Assembly (NCBI GenBank): GCA_021613535.1
Contig: CP075493.1
Span: forward strand, 2,046,001 to 2,110,000
Length of the DNA stretch: 64,000 bases
Direction of reading: 5' to 3'
Source: Adineta vaga
Lineage: Eukaryota; Animalia; Rotifera
The translations under genes and the position numbers were made by a program. The notes below the pieces were generated by a model. It saw nothing but the letters and a program-made list of their open reading frames with translations. It was not told where the DNA came from and searched no databases. Numbering within the stretch: the first letter of the stretch is position 1; each line of letters opens with the position of its first letter. This document shows positions 23,701 through 37,343 of the stretch, in pieces.

Positions 23701-26700
23701 GCGACCAAACATATCGATCACAACATTGAGAAAATTTCGATTTTTGTTTAAGATGATTCTCGGCTTCGTCCTCTTCATCATCATCATCATCATCATCGTC
23801 ATCATTCTCTTCTTCATCATTATGAACAGTAATATCATTTTGATGAACACAATTGCATTGATTTCCTTGTCGTTTCAACAGGATTTTATTGGATAAAATC
23901 GATGTATTATCAAGATCATTCGTTATAGATGGTGAATGTGGATTATCTTCTGATTCGAGAACATCATTTGTAGGAGGAATTAGATCGATTATATCAGATT
24001 GTTCAGGACTCGCTGCAGGTGCATCTGCAAATGATGGACATAAGGATGGTGGTGTTGGGACAGAAAATGAATCGGCAAGATGATGATAGCGACAATTAGG
24101 GAGATGATTTATATGAAGTGTTGGTAAGATAAATGAATTTTCTCGTGAATGTGTATGAATTTGTACATCAATTGGTGTTGATTTAGTATTAATTCTTTTT
24201 TTTCGATGACGTTTTTTCATTTCAACTGATCGTTTTTTATTGACCTAAAAGCAAAACGAGAAAGATCTGTTTCTTTTTCTTCTTTCCTTTAACTTCAAAG
24301 TTCAATCTCTTTTAATCTTGACAAATCTTCAGAAAATCATGGATTAGGTATGAAAATCTTTTATTAGTCTTTGTTATTCAAATATAACGATAGTTTGTCG
24401 ATCAATAACACAAACTCGATTGACTATTTACTCAGTGTACCGGAAGTATTGATTCTTTCATTTATATTAAATATTTGAAACTTCTTCCGGTCTCTAAAAA
24501 TCATGTTTCTCGTAATTAGAAGACTAATTCATTATTTCATAGAATCGCCAGAGGTATACATCAACTCATTATCGATTCATCTAGCAGCTCACTATCTCTT
24601 TCAATGTCGAATATAAAATAATACAGCAAATGTCAATTCAGTCAAACAAATCAGATTTATTCTAATGAATATTATCTTTCTATGAAAATCTAATTACTAA
24701 CATGTCAATTTCATAAACTAAGAACATTTTTCTCGTCCTAAAATGATAGTACATCTTTCATGTACCCAAAACATAATTACTATTGACGTCTGATCTACTA
24801 ATTACACATTCGATGTCAAAACTCATATTCATCAATGTTTTCCTTTCTCTTTCTCTATTTACATATATATATATCACAGTCATCTATAAATTTCGAAAAA
24901 ATACCTCTTTTTTTCTCAAGTACACATAACCATCTAGAGTGCATCTTATATACATATATATATATACTCAAAGCTCTTCAAAGGTCGTGAGTAGACTGTA
25001 TCTTTCGATTCAGGTACTTAAAGAAATAATGTTTACTTTCGGATGTTTTTCTCGATAATTTTTCCAGAATATCTTTAAACGTTTATGTGCATGTTTCCAT
25101 AATCGTTCAATATATTTGATAGTCTCTTCCCAACATGATCCTGGTTCATCACTTAATAATGTACTTGACGAACGTGAAAAGCGTCGTCGTTCAGCTAACA
25201 TTCGTTCTGTTTCACGTTTTTTTGTTTCGCTAAATTGTGTTGCAATAACGACAAGACATAAATTAATCATAAAAAATGAACCAATAACAATTAAACAAAC
25301 AAAATAAATCCAATCCCAAAATGAATGAGCATCTTGGATATAATACATAATATTTACCCAACTTTCAAGACTAATTATCTAGAAGAAGAATAAACATATC
25401 AAGTCAAGAAATTTATTCGAATAATTGACTCACTTGAAAAATAACAACCCAAGCTAATCCAATATTATCAAAACTAATCGAACCCGAATAGGGATTTTTA
25501 TCAGAAACATTACAAACTTTATAATATTGATTCCAATCAATACAACCATTGATTGGTTTAGTTGGATTTTCTGAAAGTTGTTTTTTAACTGTATAAAAAT
25601 CTAAATCACATGTTAAATTTCCTTTGCGTGATTTCGGTATTTCCGAACATTTCGTCATTCCATTTGATTGAGGTTGTGAACAAACAAATGAATCTTGATC
25701 AGGTGGAATATAAAACGGTCGTATTGGAAAATCTCTAGAAAAAAAGCCAAATCTTTTCTTTCATATCTTTATTCATTCAATTATATACTTAAATAAATAA
25801 TGGTCAGGTTCAATTGTTGAATTCCATTGTAGAAAACATCGATTACGTAATAAACCTTTCCATAATTGTACACCAACAATACCAAATATAAAGAAGACAA
25901 AAAAACAAAGAAGTAAAACATTTCCAAGCATTGGTAATGTATCAAGTAATAACATGACAAGTATACGCATGGATGGGACACGATTAATAGCGCGCAATGG
26001 ACGAAGAACACGAATCGTACGAATAGCTGATAAACTTAAATTATCACCTGGTCCTGGTATAACTGATTCGATTAAACTAAAAACAAAAGAAGAATAGTCT
26101 AAATTAATATTTATCCAAACGTAGAACACATTTTTTTATCAGAAAAAAACTGTTGATAAAGATAAAATCATATACTTAAAATAACTTACCCAGTCACAAC
26201 GATAAAACAATCTAATCGATTCCATGTGTCAGCTAAATAAGTTCCTTTACCAAATATGCCCATAGCTGTCATTTTAATACACATTTCAATAGTAAAAAAT
26301 GTAAATATAAAATAATCTGTTGCTTGTAACCAACTACAGCGTGCTGTATCACATTTTTTTGTACCTTGAAGACCCGAATAATGTTCACATGGTTGATACA
26401 TTCCAAGTGTTATACAATTAAGTAAAATAACGAACATACTAATACGTTCAAACCAAGGTGAAGTGATTAATTGTAAACATTGATAACGTGGCGTATTTGT
26501 TTGTTTAAGATAATAGAAAACAGTTTCAACAAAACCTGGAAATGGTAATTCGTTTTCATCAGTTTCTTCGAGATTTCGCGAACGTGGTAAATCGGAAAGG
26601 ATATTTGTTGATGCACGTTCATGAAGAAAACGATCATTTTCATAAAGACCTGTATCATTATTTGGTATGGTGATGATTGTTGGTGACAATGGTTGATTAG

Positions 26701-26728
26701 TTGTTGTTTTTAAATGATTCTTATCCAT
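17799..26728 (-). CDS. Cav3: T-type voltage-gated calcium channel alpha-1 subunit (Cav3), multi-exon; start codon uncertain
   Basis: Four S4 repeats. Pore motifs ISLESW, TQEDW, SSRDGW and ATGDNW give the EEDD filter. The gating-brake region ([13 protein letters not shown]...[12 protein letters not shown]) and an APAASPE motif (APRASPE-like) lie in the I-II linker. The last exon reads through to the stop at 17799. Confidence 0.95.
22446..22656 (-). other. Cav3 alternative domain II turret exon, 12b-like (6 Cys)
   Basis: AG-GT bounded 211-nt exon encoding [15 protein letters not shown]...[11 protein letters not shown]...[22 protein letters not shown], with the same splice phases as the 12a-like exon. 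Confidence 0.9.
22764..22896 (-). other. Cav3 alternative domain II turret exon, 12a-like (3 Cys)
   Basis: AG-GT bounded 133-nt exon encoding [44 protein letters not shown]. Confidence 0.9.
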
Positions 26729-29700
26729 GATCGTGCAAGAGTTGTTGCTGCATGATCCAAATGGAATAGATGGCAACGGCGGCCGACAAGTAGGCACCTA
26801 AGTATACTGTTCCATAATATTATAGAAAAAAAATAGATTCGTCTGATCAAGACCTACGTCGGGCCAAGAAAGTCAAGTAAACCAGTTAAAACAATAGTCC
26901 ATTAATCCATTTTTCTTTTTCAACTATTTCGTGATCTAAAACAAAGACAATGAGAAGAAAGTTATTCTTTTTTTTTATCTAACTAAATTTATCTCATTAG
27001 TTTATTTTTATTGCATAATAACATTAAAGAAAAATCTCGTGGGAAATCGGATGATTTTCCTTTTACCAATATGTTGTTAATGATGATGGTAGCTGACAAT
27101 AGAAATAGAAATAGAAATTTCTTCTTTTTTTTCTCTCCATTTGCTCGTTTGCTTTCTCAAACAAGTCGAAGATGTTTTAAAAAAAAAGAACTTCTATTTT
27201 CTCTTCATAGAAACGTTCGCGATCAAGGAACAAATGGAAAACGAGAGAAACTATGAAAGAATAACAAGAAAGAAAGAAAAATTCTCGTTATTTTAATGTT
27301 GGTTCGGTCTATACAATGAATACATTGTACTCTTGTTTTTTTTGGAAAAAAAAGACAGAAATTCATGTATCTACTATGCAAAAACATTTCTATTTATTAT
27401 TGTTCTCTCTTTGTTTAGTTGTCTGTAGAACACGGAAGGTTTTCCGAAGATTAAAACGAATAAAAAGATTAATCAAGTGGGTACATATTCACAACTTCTC
27501 GAAAGAATTTGAAAAGGAAAGTTTTAAGTCGAACAAATAGTATGTGTTGACAATCAAATGAGAGAATACTTAGAAGAAGAAAAAACGAAGAACGGATATA
27601 CAAGATGTAGGCACGATCAATTTCGTGTTATGATTAATTACACGACGAGAACAACACAAGCAATCAATAACATACTATAAGATAATGTTCGAGTTAGCTT
27701 TTTTCAACAACTAATTAGAAGACACATGTACAATAGAAATGATGATAAAAGACGAACTTGACTTTTTCTTCTCTGTCTATTGACAGATGATTTTCAACAA
27801 AAACGAGGAAAAGCTAAAATGACATGGCCTGAGGTAGAATATGATTAATTTCATCATGCCGTCAACCGACAATGACAACGATGCCAAGAAAATGAATCAA
27901 GCCTAATACAGATAGTTATGTTGTTGGTGTTTTTTTTTTCAGAAAATAACTACGATAAGTTTTGGAATGCACATATCTATGTATTCATCGTAGGCGAGAA
28001 TGTAAAAAATGAGCAAGATTGCTATTATTTTGTGTTCGCATTGACAAATTCTATTTTGTTTGGAATAATATATATATTCTAATACTTGTCATTTTTCTTT
28101 CTTTTTTTCCTTATGCGAGAGAATTTAACTTTCTGTTGTTGGAACATTGCATGATGAAATCTATGACATCGATGCTATGCATGTTTCTATTGCTTCCTAT
28201 TAAAATCTAACTTAATAAAATTAGAAGTCACGCGTATAGCCTGATCTGATCAACGAATCCGATTCACTTGCTGTCAGCAATCATTAGGAAGAACCGATGC
28301 GAAGACGAGCAAATCTTGTTTTGCTGAAAAGCGTGATGAAGGCGACAACGATGACAATAATATTATTGTTGATTGTCCCACGCGATTGATCGTTTCTATA
28401 TCGTTTACGATATAAAAAAACTGTTCTTTCTTTCTTTTTTTCTACTATTAAAGAGTCAACAGAAGAAAAAAACCGCCTCGATGCCGATAAGACTCATATC
28501 TTCAAAAAAACACACATACACATTGCAATGCGATAAACTTATTAAAACGACGGATTTCCTTTCCTTTTGCTTCAGCTATAAAGATTACTAGTTCGTATTC
28601 ATTTCTAAAACAAAATTAGCTTTTTGACATGTCGACAACGAAGGCATAGAACAGTGGAATCCTACAATGATACAATAGCCAATTTCCTTGATAATAAAGA
28701 AGACGTTTTCTTTTTCTTTCTCTCTTCTTGTTTTTTCACTAAACGCAAATAAAGTGAAAGCTCACCTTACCTATTTATCATGTCGATAAAAGAAAACGAT
28801 GATAGTTTGCTGTTTTTTTACACGAGGTAGTATTTCCCCCTAATAGACCTCTTCTTTTTTTCTTCTTATTACAGTGCCGCTGTTATTGAAACTACTTCAG
28901 AACCTTCATCTAACGCTTTTTTTTCGTGAATTTTTCTTCTCGTCTTCTCTTTCTCGTGCTTTCTTCGTATACTATGGTGTTGCCTTGTCGTTCAGTCATT
29001 CAAAAAAAGGAAATTAATTATTATGTTCTCTCTTTCTTTCATTCTGTCGAGTTTTTCCTGCATTACATCTCTCTTTCTTTTCTCATTGTTTGACACTCCT
29101 ATGCAAAAAAAGGCTTTCGCTACTTGCTGATCTATTTGCAAGGTTATCTACTTCCTGTTCATTTCCATTCGAAATTAAATTCATACATATTTATCATGGA
29201 ATTAAAAACTTATTAAGGAAACGAAAAAGAAAAGAATCAAAAGAATAAAGAAAAACTTAAATGTCTTAACTATATCTATATGTTCGATCTGTTCGTCGCT
29301 AGACTTACTCTTGAGAATATCATCATTATCACTGTCATCGCTTCATTCTCCTACATTGCATGTGAAAACGATATTTCTCATAAAGAAAAGAACAAGAAAA
29401 AGGATCACAAACTAATCATAACGATCTAAAGACAAGAAATGACAAGAAGAAAAAATTTGTACAGAAGTAAACGTGTCTCTCTTAAATGCCATGATCTCCT
29501 TTCGATTTGTCACGAAATGAAATCAGCCGAGACTACAATGTCTTTATGCTTTCTTCTATTCATCCACATGTTTAATCGATAATATACTTGCATGTTAGTA
29601 CCATTATCGAGCCTATCATCGAACTTTTATATCTTCATAATAACAATGATCACAGTTCTCCTACACACATTAGAGACAATAATAAGAAATGCACTATAAT

Positions 29701-32700
29701 ATTGCAAACTCAAAGAAACAAACCGAGAAATAGAAAAAGAAGAAGAAGAAGAAGAAAGAGAATAAGAAAGAGAACAAGATGTAGCAAAAAAGGATCTCAT
29801 CAAATCGAAACAAACATGTCATCTATATTCACACAAACCGAACAAATCCAGCTGAGTGCACTAACAACAACAACAATAAATAGCAAGCATAGCAGCATTA
29901 AAACAGTTACTACTAAACATCTGGGAGTGATTCAAAATAACAGTGCGAATAGACAGAAAACACAGTATAAGCATTATAATATTGACTGGCATTTAGATTC
30001 TTTCTATCATAAAGCAATAGAAAACGCATTTGTAAACATTTTCATTTGACACGATGTCTCCGACAAACTCATCCAACATTTCTTGTCTCTCGCTCTCCAT
30101 ATTTATCGACATCAGAAATAGCAATTCCACTTAATGTCAAATAAATCGATTGAAAGTCACTAATAAAATTGTTCAATTAAGTCTCCAATAGTCTTTTATT
30201 GATATTTTTCATCAACATACTGTTTTACTATTCAACTAAAAATAACATGAATATTAACCTCTTATAATATTGACTATAAAAACAAAAAAAAACGAAAGTC
30301 CATGAAAAAAAAATGAGAAGAAGAAGTAGTAGACATCGACAAAATCGACATTTATGATGATTGGTATCCATTAAAGATAACTAATAATGACATTTATGAC
30401 AACAGAAAAACTCATGAATATGATGAAATAGATCATTAGAAAACTTCGGAAGCATTTATAGAAGAATCTTATCTTTGTACAGATCATCAATCACCAGAAA
30501 AAAATGTCATATTCAAAAAAGAAAAAATCTCATTTTCAAATCAACCGAATTAGTTAGATAAATATTTGTCGAATTGATGTTTATTCCATTATAAGGTAGA
30601 AAATCTTCATTGAATAATGTAATATGATCTATTCGTTAATTCAATCAATTCATGGCTTCTAATTACAGTTAAGTGCTGATTTTTGTACAAAATATATCAA
30701 ACAATATTAGTGAAATTAGATCTCAATCTGTATTGTTATAAAAAAATAATTAGAACAACTAAATAATATTAGAAGACGTGTTAAAAGAAATAAGATAAGA
30801 TTTGGATGCTTTTTCCTAATTACTATATACAGATAGAGATGACATGAACAGATATACACACTGTTTGCCGTCAAATATGTCATCTGCGAAATGAAGTTCT
30901 CTTCTATCAATCATTATATTCATCATAAAACCATCGTCGGAATAAGAATCGATTACAAGATGAAATGGCTTTTTTTAATGAATTAATTTTTTTTATAGAT
31001 ATTCTTTTACGATAGATGTCGTTAGTTTTCTTGTTGAAAATATAGTTTATTGATTCCGAAGAAAGATGATCTACAATACAAATGAGAAGTCGAATTTCAT
31101 TGAAGAAGATTTTCTAAAAATAAATCTTTCTCAAATTATCTTAATCTTCTTGACAAAAATTATTCATCTTGAAAAAATGAAGTCAATAGTTCGGAATCAA
31201 TTAGCATAAGAGGAACAACTTCTGGTTTTCTTTGGTTAATTAATCTACAATTAGATTTGTGTATTTAACTTTATCAGATAAATAATATTGAAAAAAGAAA
31301 GAATCTATTATTTAAAGTACTCAATTATAATATCAAGAATTTCATCTTCAATTAACAAACAAGAATATTCTGATTCTATTATCAATAATATTAGCATCTT
31401 TCTTTCATAAAATTCTATTTACTCAATCAATCATCTCTCTTTCGATTTTGTTTTCAATGAAATTATTTTGCCTTTCGTCTAGACAAATACTGTAAAAAAA
31501 AACAAGAAGAAGAAGAAGATTATTCTTCAAATTCGATGACTTTTGTTTTTAATCAACATTTGATTGTTGATGGTGATGCATCATCATCATCATTCACTGT
31601 ATCTTCATGCTTTTTTTGATGATAGATTGATTTCTTTTGTTCTTTTGCATGTAATGCTAAAACTCAAAGAACAACAATAACAACAACAACAAGAAGATAA
31701 TCACACATGTGTGTTCTTTAGTTAGATGAATAACTTGGAGGTATATAACAGACCAAAACTATTCAATAGGAGACGATTAACCTTAAGATTGATTGGAATG
31801 AGCAAAGGAAGTAAACCATCATTGTCCATTTCTGAATGCCCATCTGTTTCATTCTTCTTCTTCTTCTTCGTCTATCTTTCTTTCTGTTTCGTATGTTTGT
31901 ATTCGATGTGATCATTATAAATAAAGCAAATCAACAGAGAAAGAGAAAGGAGAAGAAGAAGAATACATATAGACAGATAGATAGAGAGATAGATGATGCT
32001 CTCTTCACTGGACATAAATGAGTGCCATCATTACAGACACTATATAGCAGATATATAGGATACGAAGACAAAGTTATCAACAAGTAAGCTTCATTCTATT
32101 TTTTTCTCTTCCAAATAGCAACAAATTTTGACCCTAGAATATAATAGACAGACATCTCAAAAATGATTAGCGTTGTATGCAAAAATGAACGACCATGTAT
32201 ATATTTTTTTTCTATCTCCCTTGATAGAAAAAAACATATACATATCGACATTACGCAAAACTCCATAGAGATTTCGACGGAAGGAGATATTGAATACACA
32301 CATATATATATATAAATATATAAATGTGTCGATGTAATATATATTGTGTAAAGAGCTTTAGTGACTCGAAAATTGTAGGCATTTTCTATGCTCTGAATGT
32401 TTAGGGAAATCAACATGATCATCATTTTGCTCAGTAAATATATGTGTGTATGAAGTATGTGAATAATTGATCATTTCTTCTGAAAAGATCTTATTGATTT
32501 TCATCTTGAACTATTCCTTCATCGTATATAGAGAAGAAAATATGAATAGTTGAGTTTCGTTTATTTATTGAAGAGTTTAGAAATCTATCTTCTACATTGA
32601 AAATTGATACATTCTCGATTGCTTTTTTTCTTTCTTTTGTAATCAGTTAGTTCGATTTAAACAAGTGATGATGACGACTTCAACACTTGTTTAATCTGTC

Positions 32701-35343
32701 ATATCGAAAAGAGAAGAAGTAGAGAAGAAAAAAACAACAGAATGTCTATGTATCAGATGACCACGAACACTGACTAGCTCGCACATTCAATTATCTCTCT
32801 AAATAAGAAAAAAAAATCGAAGGAAAGAGAAGATTCATATGTTTCTTCTCGAGATCGGACACGACAACGAATTACTATTGTACATTGATGCACTCTTGTC
32901 TTCATTCTCCTCCGCCTTCTTCTAGTAAACATTGGATTAGTCGCGCGCGAGTGCAAGAACGAGTTCGTATATTGAATGAAAGAAAAACAAGACAAGACAG
33001 TAGCAACCTTCTTCATTTTACATCGTACATCGTGTTCTGATAATTGTCGATTTTGTCCCAAGTGAAAGAACATCTTGTAATCGATATGATATCAACGAAA
33101 TAAGATCGATATAATTGATTATAACGAGTAGACTGACGAGTTAAGCTTCAACTATTCGAATGCGAACACGTTCGTTTTTAAGTCATTTCGTCAAGTTTTA
33201 TTCGTCTTGTTCAATCAAGAGAGTTTTAATTGAACAATAATATTCAGGTTAATATTATTTAATTACTACTCTCTTGATGAATAAGTATGAATGAGATTTG
33301 TTTCGATCAGTGATCTTTCATTATGATAACCTAGTTTTATTTTGTTCTTTTTTTCTCCTCCATGTATTGAATAAACGTGTATGCACATACACCTGTAGTC
33401 AAACTTAATCATCGCAATGATACGAAGAATATTTCTCTTATTTGTATTAAAAATTATTCTCGTAAGTTTTTCTTTTTTTCTATTAGTAAAAAACCCATAT
33501 ATTCAGTTATTCTGTTCCATAGGGATTTGTTTTTCTACTAACATGAAGAAGCTCAATTGGAATTGCTAAATAGTATCATTGGTTATATGTAGTGCGAATC
33601 TCTCGCGTTCATTCGTTCGTTCGATGGTTTCTTTATTTGGAACTGAATAAGTCAACATTATTTCTCTCTCTCTCTCTCTCTCGTTTCCTTGCTATTCAAA
33701 GATCAAAGCATAGAGAATGTTGACACTATTGGCATTTTTCCAATAGCAAGAGGGAAAATCATTTGCATGATAATTAAATCTCTGAAGGGAATTGAATTGA
33801 AGAACATGGAGAGAGAGAGAGAGAAAGAAAAGGGTTAGAGAACGTCTGCATATCCCAAAACCAAATCTCATTTGTCAAAAAACGAGAAAGTCTTTTTGCT
33901 TGTCTCTCTCTCTCTCTGTCTATTTATTCTCGTCATCGATGAGCTGTGACTGAATCGGAGACTACTAGTTGCGGAAAAAGAATGAATAGTGTTGACACAA
34001 TTAGGTCGATAGAGGAAACAACATTCATCTCGTGTTTTGAATATGAATTAATGCATCATCAACATCATCCGATGAGAGAACAATTCCTTCCCTCTCTCTC
34101 TCTCCCTCTCTCTCTCGCGTCCGTCCCTTCGAAATCTCATTTTACGATTGGACGATCGTATATCTTTATGCATGTTTGTTTTCGTAAATCGTTTTCTATT
34201 ATCCAGAAAGAAAGAACGATATAAAGAAGTTTCATTTTAACAAATCATCATTTAGCGTGAGAGTAATGATAAGAATAAATTTTATTTGAAATCTCTCGCA
34301 TCGATCGATATGATTCGTTTATAATGAGTAAATAGAAGCGTATCTTAATGACAAGATGGTGAGAATTGATAGAATAGCTTTTAATGATATCATCAACAAT
34401 AAGATTCATATTCATCTAGTTATATCTCCTGTCAGAATGAAGGAAAGTGCATCTGATTATTGTTATGATTTTTATTCGAAAGATAAGTTAATCAGATATA
34501 TCTATCATTCATTGGAATCGAATCTTGTAAGTATTTTTTTTGTTAACAAGTACGAATGATAAAGAGAGAAAGTATGAAAAGTATTTGAAATATGTGTAGA
34601 AAATCGTAGTAAATGGACGCTTTCATTTTGTGCTTGTGTGTCAGTACTTCATAAACTATTCCCAATACACACAAGCAGAAAAAAAAATGAGAGTATGAAT
34701 CTGGTCTATCGGATTACGTCATTTCGTTCGTGCTTTTCATTTCTCATCAGCCTTAGCAGCAGTAGTAACAGTAGTAAGTATATAACAAATACGAGAGAAA
34801 GAAAACGATTGATTCTTTCTAATCAAAGTTAAACTGTTCAAGTTATTTTCTTGGTTTTCAATATAGAAAAAAAACAGACAAGGTAACAAGATTTGATTTG
34901 ACACTTTGCTTCTTTCTTTCGTTAAGTGAACACTTTAATTAGTTATTGTTCTGTTGACAAAGAGAAGTTCGATTTCTTCAACATATTTTCACGTTGAAGA
35001 ATACTATTTAGCATGAGAAGAAGAAAGAAACGCAGAAGAATTGATAACATATTTCATTCAATGTGCGTGTGTATGTATGAATGCTGTTGTTTCACAGTCG
35101 GTGTCGGCGGCACCATGTGAGAAGAGATATCTTCTTACCAGTTAGCGGATAACGAGCGTCACATGTCGAAAATCAATCACTAAAGAACATGAAAGTTGCT
35201 CGAAAAAGAATTTTGCTTTCTCGTTTTTCTTTCTTCTTCTTCATCGTCTAACCACAAAAAAATAATAACAAGCCTTGAATCTTTTACTTTGTCTATCATC
35301 TATTTTAGACAATAAGAAATCAATCTAGGACTAGATCGAAATT

Positions 35344-37343
35344 ATGGCAGCAACAAATGAACAACTTCAACAAGCAGTTGAAAGTTTTTTTCTTCTGTTC
35401 AATGGTGTCGTCGTATTTTGTAAGTTATTAAACATAAAAATATATTTTATTTCACGTCCATTCTCTATAGTAATGAGTTTTGGTTATACACTCATTGAAT
35501 CAGGTGGTGTTCGAAGTCAAAATGCAGGTCATAGTTTATTTAAAACTCTTCTTATTTTCAGTAAGTAAAGTCGATTGTACATGAGAAGTTTTAGGAAAGC
35601 TCGAAATTTTTTTAGTTACATCGGCATTAGCTTATTGGATCGCAGGTTATGCATTTGCATTTGGTGGAAGTCCAAATGTTCTATTAGGTACACGTTTTTG
35701 GGCTAGCGAACGTTTTGGCGCTCGTGATCTCTATCCTGGAGTGGAAAATTATACAAATTCAAATAATGTTTTGAAGTTAAATAATCAAGATCCATATATA
35801 CATTATTTCTATAATTATATGTTGGCATTTCTTGTAACAAATATTGGAGCAAGTGCATTTGCTGAACGTTGTCGAGTACCAGCTTATATACTTTTTTCAA
35901 TCGTTATGTCTGGTATGTTTTTCTCTCTATAAGTTAAACACTTTTTACTCATTTGTAATATAGGATTTGTCTATCCTTTTCTTGCACATTGGATGTGGGG
36001 TACCAATGGTTGGCTTGGTGCCATTGTTGGTGCACGAGTATGTAATTCTTAATTAGTTACAAGTTTTTTTTGATTAATTTGATCTCTAAGGATTATGGTG
36101 GTAGCGCAATCATTTATTTAACCGCTGGTGTTGCTGCTTTGATTGGAACGATCTTTCTTGGACCACGTTTTGGTCGATTTGAACCACGTACATTACCTTT
36201 ATTTGGTCATAGTATTCCGGTAGGAAGAGAAATTATGTCAAAATCGATCTCTAAGTTTTGTATTAGGTTACATCTGTTGGTGCAATTCTTGTTGCATTTG
36301 GTTTCTTTGTACTCAATTCAGGAGCTGATCATCGTATTACAGGAAAAGCCTATGGTGATCGAGTTGGACATGGACTTGTCAATACACTTTTATCTGGAGC
36401 TGCATCAGGTGCAACCTATTATCTTTTACAACGTGTTATTGAAAGTATGAAAGCTATTTTTGAGAAAGATGAATGCAATTGAAATAATTTAGGTATGGGA
36501 CAAGAACCTCGTCATTTGAAACGACGTGTCTTTTTATCAACGGTTAATTCAATTCTTGCTGGAATGGTTGCTGTTGCTGGTGGAGCTGTTGCTTATAATC
36601 CTTGGTCAGCTGTTCTTATCGGAGCTATTGCTGCATTAAGTTTCTTAATATGGAGTAAATTATTGATTAGACTTCAAGTTGATGATCCTGTTGAAACTGC
36701 TGCTGGTAACAGATAATTGACTTCAGAGAGATAGACATTGATTTGTTAACGATTTTCTTTTATTCCTTGTATATAGTTCATATTGGTGGAGGTTTATGGG
36801 GTATTTTTGCAGTTCCAATCTTTCGACGAACAGTTGGACCAAATATTCATGGAGGATTTGTTGAAGATGTCTTTAATTCAATTATCTATCGATTTAGTGT
36901 TGGAGAAAGCTGGCGGGTAAATAAGAAGCGATTCTTCTGAGTATATAGTATATTGATTTTCATATTTAAGGGATTACTCAATTCATTATGTACGGCTGCA
37001 GTTGTTATGGCTTGGACAGCTGTATTCATTGCTCTTCTATTTCTTTTACTTAAACTTCTCAATTTATTGAAAGTTTCAAAAGAAGAAGAATTAAGAGGTA
37101 ATTTCTTAAATTCTGATGTTCAACTATGAGAAAAATATGGAATTCGCTTTAGGTATTGATTTGTTTCAACATGGTGAACCAGCATATGCACTTCGTATCT
37201 ATTGTGCTGCATGTGGAGAACAATTACAAGGTAAAACAATTGAACAAGAAACACCTGGAACAGGTGGCCGTACAAATTTTCCAACAATTGTCACTGATGC
37301 TGAAGGCGGTATGTATAAAAAACTCAATCAATATCGTTTCTAA
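35344..37343 (+). CDS. amt: Ammonium transporter (Amt/Mep/Rh family) with divergent pore residues
   Basis: Motifs ESGGVRSQN, YWIAGYAFAFG, AFAERCR, YPFLAHWMWG, LGPRFGRF, LQVDDPVETAAVHIGGGLWG and VSKEEELRGIDLFQHGEPAY, joined across about 10 short introns. Confidence 0.93.

Noticed and set aside
26798-26815. ATG GAA CAG TAT ACT TAG in frame with Cav3 (possible stop-codon readthrough)
   Set aside because: The TAG fits better as a 3' splice acceptor or the end of a uORF. Nothing supports recoding.
29588-30049. 153-aa Arg-rich ORF (RNRKRRRRRRKR)
   Set aside because: TTG start, and the Arg run comes from an AGA/GAA simple repeat. No domain and no splice support.
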